This document shows positions 11,749-23,298 of a DNA stretch of 64,000 nt, piece by piece. Origin of the DNA: Octopus sinensis (taxonomy: Eukaryota); assembly GCF_006345805.1 (NCBI RefSeq), contig NC_043002.1:7688001-7752000 (forward strand), given 5' to 3'. Both the position numbers and the translations under genes were made by a program. Under the pieces are notes generated by a model. The model searched no databases. It saw only the letters and a list, made by a program, of their open reading frames with translations, and was not told the DNA's origin. Position 1 is the stretch's first letter; each line of letters opens with the position of its first letter.

Positions 11749-13949
11749 TTTCTTTATTAGCCACACAGGGCCGAACACAGAGGGGACAAAATACAATGTA
11801 GAGCTTTTCTTTTCGGAAAAAAAAGGAGAAAAATAAAATTCCGATCAACAGGGATCGTGTATCAGAAAAAAATTCAAAGTGTAAAAACCAAGATTAGGTT
11901 TATCCGTGGAAAGAAAAGCCTACGGAAAAGACCACGGTAACCTCAGGCAGAGAGGGAATAATCACGAGAGCAAAGTGCTCTCTCTCTCTCCCTCTCTCCC
12001 TCTCTCTCTCGCTCGAAGTGGTTTCGTCACTCGCACGCACTATCTTTGCTACATTCACCCACCTTTTATTGAAACTTTCACGAGACAAAACTTGCCTCTC
12101 TATTCTCACCTTCCTTTTGAAGTGGTACTTGAAAAAGTTGATGAGCGATTGACCAGAGAGTTAAGTGTTTTTCTCTACACCTTTCGCTCGAATCCACCAC
12201 ACGCATTCTTTGACCATGGCCACCAGTTCGATGAAGACTGCCTTGCCTTCATATTTAAGGGAAGGTCCCACATGTGACAGCAGCCGTTCGGCATAAGCCA
12301 AAAGGTGTTCCTCGGCGACGACCAGATTCTGCCCGAGAACGTCGTCGCACTTCTCCTCCACTAATCCTCTATAGAACGCCTTTGTGGAGTTGAAGTCACA
12401 CAAGTTTGGTCCCGGACGGCAAAGTTGCTTGAGAGCAAGGCGGCACTCGCGGTGCCATTCGCCTAGCCTCGGTCTCTCTTTGATCCACGACTGCAGTTCG
12501 GCCAAAGAGACGAGCTGCGGGAAAGCGCGCCGCACAAACGGTGACCACAACTGTTCACCGTCGTCTATAAAGCACCGGAGATGTCGCAGTCTCAGCGCAT
12601 GTCTGCGTATCATCAACTACGGCATGCCTAGCCCTCCATTTAGCGGGTGTTGACAGCAAATGGATCGCCTGACCATTAGAACGCTTCCCTTCCACAAAAT
12701 GTGGAAGAATATACGTTCCAGTTTGGTGATGGTAGGGTCGGGACAAATCACGATGGTCAGACGGTAATCGATGACGGATGCGGTGTACGCTTTCGCCAAC
12801 TCTGCCCGACTTTTTAGGGATAGCTTTCTCTCGGCCCATTGCTGGGTGAGAGTGGCCACCCCAGTCGTTATCTCGCCCCAGTTCTTCTCCATTTGAAGGA
12901 CCGAACCAGACTCCGAGCAATTTAATCGGTCCGTCGGTCCAGCGTCCCACAATGGAGACGCTGTTGAACGACATGGGCTTGCTTCTCTAGGTGCCGAGCT
13001 GCAAGCCCACTGACTTTTCCCGGTTAATTTTTGCTCTCGTTACTGCTTCGTATTCTTTTAGTGTCTCGCTGACCAGGTCGATATGCCTGTGGATCGACAC
13101 TATGACGGTAACATCGTCCGAGTATGCAGACACGCTCCTCCCGCATTCCATCTCTCGCGGGATGCTCCTCAGTGTCGCTAGCTTCCGCAGTAGTGGATCT
13201 AGTGTTAATACGTACAGAAGTGACGAAAGGGGGCATCCTGGACGAACCGATCGCGTGATGTTAAATGGTCTAGACAGATGACCATTCATGTGAACTACCG
13301 AGTAGATGCCGCTTTATAAGGCAGCGATCCAACCGCGGAAGATGGGACCGAAACCAGCCGTTCTAAGGACAACCTCCAAGTAGTGATGGTCTACTCTATC
13401 GAAAGCTTTTGATTAATCCAAATTGATCAGAGCCCCATCCATGCTAGGTTCCTTAACTACCATGTCTATGATGTAGCGCATCAGATGGAGGTTGTCATGG
13501 ATACTCCTACCCGGCACGGCGCACGTTTGCGCCTTGTCCACAAGGTTTCACAATGACAAGCGTCAACCACTCGGCTAACACCTTGGCCAAAATCTTCAAT
13601 TCCCCACTAAAATTAAAGGTCGAGACGTTCCCAGGAAAACCTCTAGACGTCGAAAAGCACACCCATTACTGCTATCGACATCGAAGACGACTAGACTACT
13701 CACCGGGTCCAGGACAATTGCTCATACGTTGAGGTCCAGAGTTTTCCGAAGGAGCACCGCGGTGCAACTTCCGTCCATTCAAATGTCGAAATGTCCGTCG
13801 AACATGTGCTCGAGGGCCCGCGAGCTGTGGAGTCTGGCCTCGCTGATGGCTTTGATATGCAGATTCTGTGACTTGATGTCATTTAACAGACAGCCTTGTT
13901 TCCAAGACGATTCCAAGCCACGTACATTTATACTGCATATTTTGAGCAT
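11747..13949 (-). mobile_element. Tx1/L1-clade LINE, ORF2 pseudogene (APE N-terminus, RT, C-terminus, 3' UTR), internally deleted
   Basis: MLKICSINVRGL (APE start); LKILAKVLA; RSVRPGCPLSSLLY...AYSDDVTV (RT, YADD-like); LLGVWFG; ERKLSLKSRA; GGLGMP. Ends CTAATAAAGAAA followed by (TATC)n. Confidence 0.9.
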
Positions 13950-14016
<67 letters not shown>

Positions 14017-14100
14017 GGATAAGTAGACAGATATAGATAGATATATAGAGAGATAGCTTGCTAGCTAGCTAGCCAGATATATATATATATATATATATAT

Positions 14101-14187
<87 letters not shown>

Positions 14188-14341
14188 TTAGGTTGTCCCA
14201 AAAGTTCGTAAACACTTGCGAAAATTGAATTTTTACTCGCCAAGTACTAACAAAAACAACAAAAATTATTCCTCAAAATAAAGATCATTATTTTCCAAGA
14301 CTTTCAACGAACTTTTGGGACAACCTTATAGATAGATAGAT

Positions 14342-14415
<74 letters not shown>

Positions 14416-14422
14416 GATAGAT

Positions 14423-14459
<37 letters not shown>

Positions 14460-14460
14460 T
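13950..14460. repeat. (GATA)n/(TA)n block between two Tx1 copies
   Basis: Directly visible. Confidence 0.95.
14188..14328. mobile_element. Tc1/mariner-type MITE with TA target duplication
   Basis: TA|TTAGGTTGTCCCAAAAGTTCGT ... ACGAACTTTTGGGACAACCTTA|TA. Confidence 0.85.
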
Positions 14461-15547
14461 GTTTCTTTATTAGCCACACAGGGCTGCACACAGATAGAAC
14501 AAATTACAAGGTAGAGCTTTTCTTTTGAAGGTTTAAAAAAAAAAAAAAAAAAAGGAAGGGGGAGTTTCGATCAAAAGGGATCGTAAAAGGAGAGAAAGAG
14601 GACAAAAAAAGGGGGGTTAAAAAAAAAAAAAAAAAGGGGGAGAGGAAAAAAAATTGATCAATAGGGATCGTTATCACAGAAACGTCAATATGAAGTGTAA
14701 AGGGGAGGACAGGTGAGGTTTACCCGTGGAAAGAAAAGCCTACGGAAAAGACCACGGTAACCTCGGTCAATGAAGTCACATTTTATATTTCTTTTTTTTT
14801 TTTTTTGCAAATAAGCAACTCTCTGTTTTCGATTTCTGGGTTCATAGGACTATGCTCAAGGTGGCTTCGTCATTCATACGTGCCATTCTTGCTACATTCA
14901 CCCATCTTTTTTTAAAACATTCGCTAGACAAAACTTGCCTCTCTACTCTCACTTTCCTTTTCAAGTGGTACTTGAAGAAGTTGATGAGAGATTGACCAGA
15001 GAGGAAAGTGTTTGTCTCCAATCCTTTCAGACGCGTCCACCAGATACATTCTTTCGTCATAGCCACAAGGATGATGAAAATAGCTCTTCCTTCCCGTTTG
15101 AAGGAAGGAGGCGTGACAATATTGACGATAGACTCAGCTGATAAACCGACTCGTCCACACGTGACAGCAGTTGTTCGACATAAGCCCACAGGTCGGAAAT
15201 TGTTGGACACTGAACGAGTGCGTGCAGAACGGTTTCGTCGCTCTGACCGCATCTCGGGCAGGTCGGCCCCGTGTTTCTCGAGCCGTGTCTGTAGAGCTTA
15301 TCCCGAACGGGTAGCGCTTCTCGGTAGCACTGCCAGGCCAGGGATCTCTGGAAGTTGTCCATGGGCCCTGGCCCGAAAGTCGTCCCGAACAGGCGGGTCA
15401 GGTACTCCTCGTCGACGTCCAGGTTCGCCCCGAGCTCGTCGTCGTACCTCCCCTCCACTAAACCCCTATAGAATGCTTTGGTTGTGTTGAAGTCACTTAA
15501 GGTCGACCCAGGACGGCAGAGTTGCTTGAGAGCAACGCGACACTCGC
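14460..15547 (-). mobile_element. Tx1-clade LINE, 5'-truncated copy 2
   Basis: [14 protein letters not shown]...[11 protein letters not shown]...[15 protein letters not shown]...[19 protein letters not shown] (CCHC). Same 3' end as copy 1, with (GATA)n on both sides. Confidence 0.9.
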
Positions 15548-15625
<78 letters not shown>

Positions 15626-15690
15626 CAGGCAGACAGACAGACAGACCGAGGGAGGGACGGACCGACAGACAGACAGACAGACAGACAGTC

Positions 15691-15783
<93 letters not shown>

Positions 15784-15816
15784 CAGGCAGACAGACAGAC
15801 AGACAGACAGACAGAC

Positions 15817-15853
<37 letters not shown>

Positions 15854-15890
15854 GAGAGATTGATTGATTGACTGATTGATCATAACCGCT
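15548..15890. repeat. (GATA)n/(GACA)n/(GA)n/(GATT)n microsatellite
   Basis: Directly visible. Confidence 0.95.
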
Positions 15891-16233
15891 TTATCCCCTT
15901 TCATGCACTTACACATTTCACGCAGCAGGTTCTCGCCTCAGTAAACAAGCGAATTCATTCTGCCTAACAAACTTATTCTATGTCATAAATTGTCGCATTT
16001 GCACACCTGTACATAGAGCACAAGCCGCATATTCACTTGCATAAAGAAAAGAATGAACACAGTTTATTGTGATAATTATCACATATGTACAACAGTGAAT
16101 TGCAACCAATTATATTTCAACGTGGGAAACATATGCAACTATAAAATGTAAACGAGCATAGCTGGATAAGAAAGTTGTACGTTATACAATATGACCAATC
16201 CATTGACGTTGACATATCAGTGGTAACATTCAG

Positions 16234-16424
16234 TCGCCATGATAGATCGTTAGCCACTACACACATTTTTTTCTCTCCTTGTTTTTTCTGTGTCCCTCTC
16301 TGTAGAAGAGCGTAGGCTCGAAACGTAAAGGACTTTTTCTATTCCTGAGCGTTATACTAATACATTTGTTTGTTTTGTACACCACCTGTCTTCGTCTTTT
16401 GTTTTTTTCGTAAACACTCCCTAT
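16234..16424 (+). mobile_element. Penelope-like pLTR-type short element, hammerhead-like motif (core CUGUAGA) at 16296-16331
   Basis: Homologous to 11151-11338 and 48768-48953. Confidence 0.7.
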
Positions 16425-16817
16425 CATATATATAACCTTGTTAATTGTTTTGCATCTATACCAGGGTACTAACGCTTACGTCATTTCCCATTTAGCCCAT
16501 AGCAGCAAACTGAAAACCCGTATTTTTTGTTTGTTTTGTTTTGTTTTTTAAACACCTTGCGGTATTTATTCCGGTTGTTTACGATCTGTGTTTAAATCTT
16601 GTATCAAGGTCGATAAATCAAATTATAGCGTCGATAAAATAAAATACCTGTGTTGTACGGGGGTCATAAGATAAAGTATTAAGTAAGAGAATCTATATAA
16701 GTGATTGTCCACATCTACAAGATATGAAGTTTTGATTCGACGTTAGAAATCAATATTTTGTGTGTATCTTTGATAGTTTTTTTTAATGGCTTCATTGGAG
16801 GAGGATTGACAGCAGCT

Positions 16818-17125
16818 GGACCGGGCGTTGTGTGTGTTTATTGAGCGAAAACACCTAAAGCTCCACGAGGCTCCAGCAGGGGGTGGTGGCGACCCCTGTT
16901 GTACTCTTTCGCTCCAACTTTCTCTCACTCTTTCTTCCTGTTTCTTGTCACTGACTTCCTACGCAACCGCTGAGCCTGGACGCGTATTCATCCATCCGTC
17001 GATGCTCTCGGTGTCGGAGGTTGACCTGCTTTCTCTTCTGCGGGTCTTACGAATAGCAAAGGACCACGTTTCGGACTTCTCCCACAACTGGGACGAAGAC
17101 TGCTTCGCTTAACAAACAAACAAAC
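16818..17125 (+). mobile_element. SINE family A, head-truncated (tail type 3, ending (AAAC)n)
   Basis: Shared body. Tail nearly identical to the reverse complement of 52228-52430. Confidence 0.85.
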
Positions 17126-17629
17126 AGCAGCCGAAATCTTTTAACTTTTTTTACATTGCTTCTGAGCCTTGTAGGAGTAACCGAAGGAAGCTATCTTCAG
17201 ATCAGAGATTTGGTCTGAATGCTTACACGCATTTAATTCCACCTAAGACGCTTATGAAACAGATGGTGATGTTAAACTGGGGCGAGGGATTAAGTCTCTG
17301 ACCTCACCTGCCGACAGGAACTGTGACCCCGAGGTGTTCTTATACACTTTCCGTTAAGCAACTTCTACGTAGAAGGTTTTGGTCGGCCTGAAGTTAGGAA
17401 GTTGTATGCATCCAATGAGCCATGCTGTGAGATTGATTCCCAAACTAAATAGTTATTGTTAGAAAGAATGTCATTTGACATATATACTGTTGTCAATTCA
17501 ATTTGCTATCCTCATTGTCTCCTAAAACAAATCTGAGGTCTCGTGTCAATATAATATATCGATATAACATATCGCTAGACAAGTTAGTGTTAATAAGTTT
17601 AACGCTATGCAATATATATATATATTATA

Positions 17630-17664
<35 letters not shown>

Positions 17665-17668
<4 letters not shown>

Positions 17669-17935
17669 ATCCAAACAAGAAAGCACAAAAAAAACACAAC
17701 AACGCGAGGACGTGGAACAAATATAGTATTACAGGAAAGAAGGAAAGAAGGAGGGTTTAACGTTTCGAGCGGAGCTCTTCGTCGGAAACATAGGAGAAGG
17801 AAAGATCCAGAGAAGGGAAGACAGAGGGAAAAAAATCGCCAACGGTACACACGCGGTCACATTTTGAATGACCGGAAGGAAATGGGTGAATAAAAGTACT
17901 TTCAAAAACAGGAGAGTGGTTCTTTCAAAGACAGG
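17665..17935 (-). mobile_element. Penelope-like pLTR-type short element with hammerhead-like motif at 17755-17789
   Basis: GUUU-CCGACGA-A-GAGC-UCC-GCUC-GAAAC-GUU-AAAC on the minus strand. Element boundaries approximate. Confidence 0.6.
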
Positions 17936-18022
17936 AGAGTAGTAGAGGAGGAGGAATGTGTGTGTAAGTGTGGTTATGTGCGTGCGCGGAGGTCTGCGTG
18001 TGCGTGTGTGTGTATGTGTATG

Positions 18023-18074
<52 letters not shown>

Positions 18075-18110
18075 TGTATGTATGTATGTATGTATGCATG
18101 TATATATATG

Positions 18111-18392
18111 TCATCTAGTGTGAGGAACATATACAGCAATAGCTTGGGATTCAGGAGCCCGCGGTTATTTAATATATTACCAAAACACCTGAGAGAGCTG
18201 CATGGAGTTGGGGTGGATGCTTTTAAGAAGCAACTTGACCGCCTGCTGCCCAGGTCCCTGATGAGCCTACATCACAGCAAAGAAACTCGAAAGCCAATCA
18301 CATAAGAATGACCATTGAAAAGGTGATAATATTGGCGGTACCCCAGCATGGCCACAGCCTTTGAGATGAAGCGCATAAAAGAATAAAAGAAT
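18111..18392 (+). mobile_element. CR1/L2-group LINE 3' end
   Basis: SLGFRSPRLFNILPKHLRELHGVGVDAFKKQLDRLL...VPDEP, then GGCGGTACCCCAGCATGGCCACAGC and a (TAAAAGAA)n tail. Confidence 0.8.
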
Positions 18393-18676
18393 ATATATAT
18401 ATATATGTGTATGTATGTATGTATGTATGTATGCATGCATGTATGTATGTATGCTTGTATGTATGCATGCATGTATGTATGTATGTATGTATGTATGTAT
18501 GTATGTATGTATGTATGCATGCATGTATGTATGCATGCATGTATGTATGTATGTATGTATGTATGTATGTATGTATGTATGTATGTATGTATGTATGTAT
18601 GTATGTATGTATGCATGCATGCATGCATGCTTGTATGTATGTATGTATGTATGTATGTATGTATGTATGTATGTAT
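18393..18676. repeat. (TA)n/(TATG)n microsatellite
   Basis: Directly visible. Confidence 0.95.
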
Positions 18677-19498
18677 AACTAATACAGAAAAATTATAGTG
18701 TAAAAAGAAGACATTTGCTCAATAGTTGATCATATATTAATTTCGGCAAGTACAGAAGACAACTTCCGACATGTTTTGTTCTTATTAGATTTCTTCAACG
18801 AAACATAGACTTCACCGAGTTTGCTGAAGTAGTGACGAGAGAATAACTAAATAGACCGGATGACGTCTCAAAGTAATTGACGCCAGTGATTTATTTCATA
18901 AATCATTAGGATATCGAATTTCTCTGTGAAGCGGGTTAGTGAGAACGCAATCACATCCTACGAAGAATATATTAAGAAGTAATAAATTAATATTTAATGG
19001 CTTCTACGAGGTCTGTTAAACATTACGTGCAAAACAGGTTTGCTTCTGGATTTCAAACACAGGCAGCTCAAGTAAAATGCAGTTTAAAAGAAATACAAAC
19101 CACACAACTCCCATCAGGTCTATCTTTTCTACTTCTGTTACAGGTTGGCTACCGCAGTCTAAACCAGTACCTTTATGAGATACTACCAGAAATACAGTAA
19201 CTTAATACAATGTCACTGTTTTCTGTAAAACTATCTGTAAATTAACAATGTAACATGCAGCAATAGTCAAATTTATGAACTTAGATAAGTCCTGGAGTTA
19301 CCTGTTCATAGAACATGGTTAAACCTCTTACAATAAAAATCCAAAGTGACACTCACACCTCCACCACCACCACCACCACTGCTACAGAAGCCAACGTCAT
19401 ACCTCCTATTATCTTGCTCTCATCAGTCTGTCTGTTTTTCTGCCCATATCTCCATATGTCTATCTATCTATCTATCTATCTATTTATCTACCTATCCA

Positions 19499-19870
19499 AA
19501 GCCACCTTGAGCATAATCTTATGAACCCGGAAAATTTAAAACAGAGAGTTACCTACTCGCAAACAAATGTGGTAACATGTAACATCATTGACCGAGGTTA
19601 CCGCAGTCTTTTCCGTAGGCTTTTCTCCCCACGGATAAACCTTATCTGCTTCCCCCTTCACGCTTTACACCATGATACTGTGATACACGATCCCTATTGA
19701 TCGTTTTTTTCCCTTTTTTCCCTTTCTTTTTTTCTTCTTTCCCTTTTCCGATCCCTTTTGATCGAAAACCTACCCCAACTTTTTTTTCTCTCCCCCCAAA
19801 AGAAAAGCTCTACTTTGTAATCTGTCCCGTCTGTGTGCAGCCCTGTGTGGCTAATAAAGAAACATATCTA
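19499..19870 (+). mobile_element. Tx1-clade LINE 3' UTR, copy 3
   Basis: AAGCCACCTTGAGCATA...GACCGAGGTTACCG...GCCCTGTGTGGCTAATAAAGAAACATATCTA, homologous to the reverse complement of 14460-14870. Preceded by (TATC)n. Confidence 0.85.
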
Positions 19871-20875
19871 AGGCAATATACCTTGTTATGTGTTAACCTC
19901 TGCCGTGACTTCGAAAAAAAAACCTATTTTGTTCGACTTATTGCTTTTAATAAAATACATTTATTTATTTGTTGTTCTGTATGCTGAGAACAGGCCAGCG
20001 CAATCGCCATTATCTTGTATTTTTACGTAAGAAAGCAGACGACCAATATTTACTTCTTTTGGGTAATGGTATGGTGCAATTTGATAGTTTTTTAGCTGCT
20101 ATACAAATAGTATTCTTGGTGTTAGCAATAAAGAGATTAGTTGCTTCCAGTTTATTTTAAACCAAATTATGAAACAAACTTCCAGCTAGAATTACGGATT
20201 TATATGGAAAAGGCCAAGGATTACAACTAAAGTACAAGTACGAGGAAATATCTTGAAGGAAAGTCTTGCGATTATGACTAATAAAATATCCAGTTGCGAC
20301 GGACTTAACAAAATACAAATGGAAGGATAAGGAAAGAAATAGAATAACACTAGGCCAATCAGTTGCTAGATATCTTAATAGGATCTTACCTTGTATCAAT
20401 GGTTCCTAGAAAGTAACCCTGAACAGACGCTACAAAAATGTGACACTTTAATACAATTACAAACTATACTCAGCAAACATTTCATATCGATGTTTGATAA
20501 TACAAAAAAATACGATTGATTTTTGTTGCTTTGGCTTTCGAGAATTTCAAACACCTTAACACACCGGGATAGGAGTTACTACTACTACTACTACTACTAC
20601 TACTACAACTACTACTACTACTACTACTACAATTGCACTGACCAGAAAAGGAATATAGTATCATTTACATGTAAAAACAAAGATATATAAATCAATCATG
20701 CTCAGTTGTAAAATAGATCAAAACATCAAAAGATTGAACTTACTTTGTTATTATATATAATCAAAGGAATCCATCCACGGGTCATTACATTCCCTCTTTC
20801 CTTTTCTCTATCTATCTGTCTATCCATAGAAAGATAAATATATATATATATACATATATATATATACATATATAA

Positions 20876-20935
<60 letters not shown>

Positions 20936-20969
20936 ACATATCAATATCTATCTTTGGGTCAATTTATCG

Positions 20970-21009
<40 letters not shown>

Positions 21010-21299
21010 ACTCTGTGTGTGCGTGTGTCATTTTGTGTGATTCTGCTAGTGCCAAGGGCACTCAGACAGGTTGATTACTCATCGCGAGATATTGCTTGAG
21101 CCTCAGCACCGGTCTTTCTCGTTGTTGAGGAAAGCAAGTTATAATGAGTACCAACTAGTACCTGATGATATGTACTCAATCGGCTTAAGTACATGATAGT
21201 AACATGGACTGACAAGAATTCAAGGTTCTCAACTGTTAAAAAGGATTTTCTAAAGTCGGAAATCAAGCATCCCCAACACCAAGATACCTGAACTGATCC

Positions 21300-22130
21300 A
21301 ACCAGTTGTTGGGGTACTACTCTAGACACTTTCATAGTCAGCCGTCGCCACTAGTCTCTGTTCTTTGTCATTCCCAGCAGGTTTGCTGTGTTGTGACTTG
21401 TTTCGTCGCAACGCAGGGTTTTCTCTGTTTCTGTTTCGCCCTCGCTCAACTTAGTCCTGAGGAATGGTTTTGGATAGGAGTTGTGGCGTGATATGTGACC
21501 GGACCAGGCAAGCTTTCGCCTTTTTTGCCAGCGCAAGGAGGGGTTCCTGTCTGCAAGCGTATTCGTCGACTTGCTGCCCGACAAAGCCGTTCGTTTTGTG
21601 CAGTGTACGGGATGTGTAGTTGCAAAATTAATGGAATTGCTTTTCTATATGTTGTCCTGCTTCGTCATGGCAACAGAAGGTAAACTGAGTCTTGTTGCTA
21701 TCTCCTTTTGAGATCTTTCATCCTTGGTCAAAATGGATCCTAGGTACTTGAAGGTGACCACTTCACCGAGTCTCTCTTTCTATTTAACATAATGCTGGTT
21801 GCTCTGTTTTGGTTGTTACTGTTAACCAAAATCTTGCTCTTTTCTGGGAAGACCTCCATCCCGTATGCTCCTGATCCTTTTTCCGGTCTGATAGTGAGCT
21901 CCTGTAGTTCTGCTTAACTGCTACCTCACAGGTCAATGTCACCAGCAAAGTGCAGGTTGGAAATGGAGTGCTCAGTTGGAGATAGTACCTTAGTTACGAG
22001 CAGCAACATCCTTAAGGATGGACGGGTACATTGGTTTTCACCTAACTCTCACTTTTGGCCCCAAAACCATTCTCAACTGGCAGGCTAAACTTAGTAAGAA
22101 TCTGAACGCTTGGAGAGGAGATGAGCAAAA
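21300..22130 (-). mobile_element. RTE-clade LINE, degenerate RT C-terminal half
   Basis: GAYGMEVFPEKSKILVN; VVTFKYLGSILTKD; KRRKLAWSGHISRHNS. Frameshifted; boundaries approximate. Confidence 0.8.
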
Positions 22131-22153
22131 CCAAACATTTTTAAGGCACACTG

Positions 22154-22392
22154 AAATACCTATTTCTTTATTACCCACAAGGGGCTAAACACAGAGGGGA
22201 CAAACAAGGACAGACAAACGGATTAAGTCGATTACATCGACCCCAGTGCGTAACTGGTACTTAATTTATCGACCCCCGAAAGGATGAAAGGCAAAGTCGA
22301 CCTCGGTGGAATTTGAACTCAGAACGTAACGGCGGACGAAATACCGCTAAGCATTTCGCCCGGCGTGCTAACGTTTCTGCCAGCTCACCGCC
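22154..22392 (-). mobile_element. SINE family B, full length, Tx1-like tail
   Basis: Reverse complement of GGCGGTGAGCTGGCAGAAACGTTAGCACG...GGGTAATAAAGAAATAGGTATTT. Confidence 0.9.
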
Positions 22393-22552
22393 TGAAACAC
22401 CATAATATACACACAAACAAGTGTTAACATACCGGATCTGTCGTGGCCCGGAAAACCAATGACCGTGCTCTCCACTGATATTTCCCGGGGTGGAGACGAA
22501 CAATATGGAGCTGAGATGACGATAACAGCAGTGACAAAGTCTTAAATTATAT

Positions 22553-22967
22553 ATAGGTGCAGGAGTGGCTGTGTGGTAAGTAGCTTGCTTACCAACCACA
22601 GGGTTCCGGGTTCAGTCCCACTGCGTGGCATCTTGGGCAAGTGTCTTCTGCTATAGCCTCGGGCCGACCAATGCCTTGTGAGTGGATCTGGTTGACGGAA
22701 ACTGAAAGAAGCCTGTCGTATATATGTATATATATATGTATGTGTGTGTATATGTTTGGGTTTGTCCCCCTAGCATTACTTGACAACCGATGCTGGTGTG
22801 TTTACGTCCCCGTCACTTAGCGGTTCGGCAAAAGAGACCGATAGAATAAGTACTTGGCTTACAAAGAATACGTCCCGAGGTCGATTTGCTCGACTAAAGG
22901 CGGTGCTCCAGCATGGCCGCAGTCAACTAACTGAAACAAGTAAAAGAGTAAAGTGTAAGAGTAAGAG
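22553..22967 (+). mobile_element. SINE family C, full length
   Basis: ATAGGTGCAGGAGTGGCTGTGTGGTAAG...GGCGGTGCTCCAGCATGGCCGCAGTC...GTAAAAGAG. Confidence 0.9.
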
Positions 22968-23298
22968 TTTAAATACGCAACGCACCAAGATACTCCTTGC
23001 AGTAACTCCTTGTGAACCACTACTCTAGAAAGACAAGATATTCACGAACGGCGTAGCTTTGATTATAGGTCCCATGGATCTGGGTTGATCGGAGCTTAAC
23101 AATAGATATCGCGTGAAGCCCAATTAGATATCAATGGATTTCTGTTGGTCCTTATTATTTCGCACATGTTTCGGGCGAGTGGTGATTAATGATGATATGA
23201 GGTTATGCAGCAGCTAATAAAGATTCCTAATATTTCCTATGGTTTTGATGACGAGCAGTCGCTGGGAGATATTTTTAACAGCAATGCTTTATAACTGA

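Noticed and set aside
18255-18300. CCCTGATGAGCC...CTCGAAAGCC
   Set aside because: Lies in the CR1 coding motif VPDEP; no stem III/NUH/stem I closure.
19144-19196. Plus-strand acceptor and short open frame (VGYRSLNQYLYEILPEI); also similar splice-like sites near 20391, 43010 and 44369-44458
   Set aside because: Short, no recognisable product, weak second splice site; expected by chance in 64 kb.
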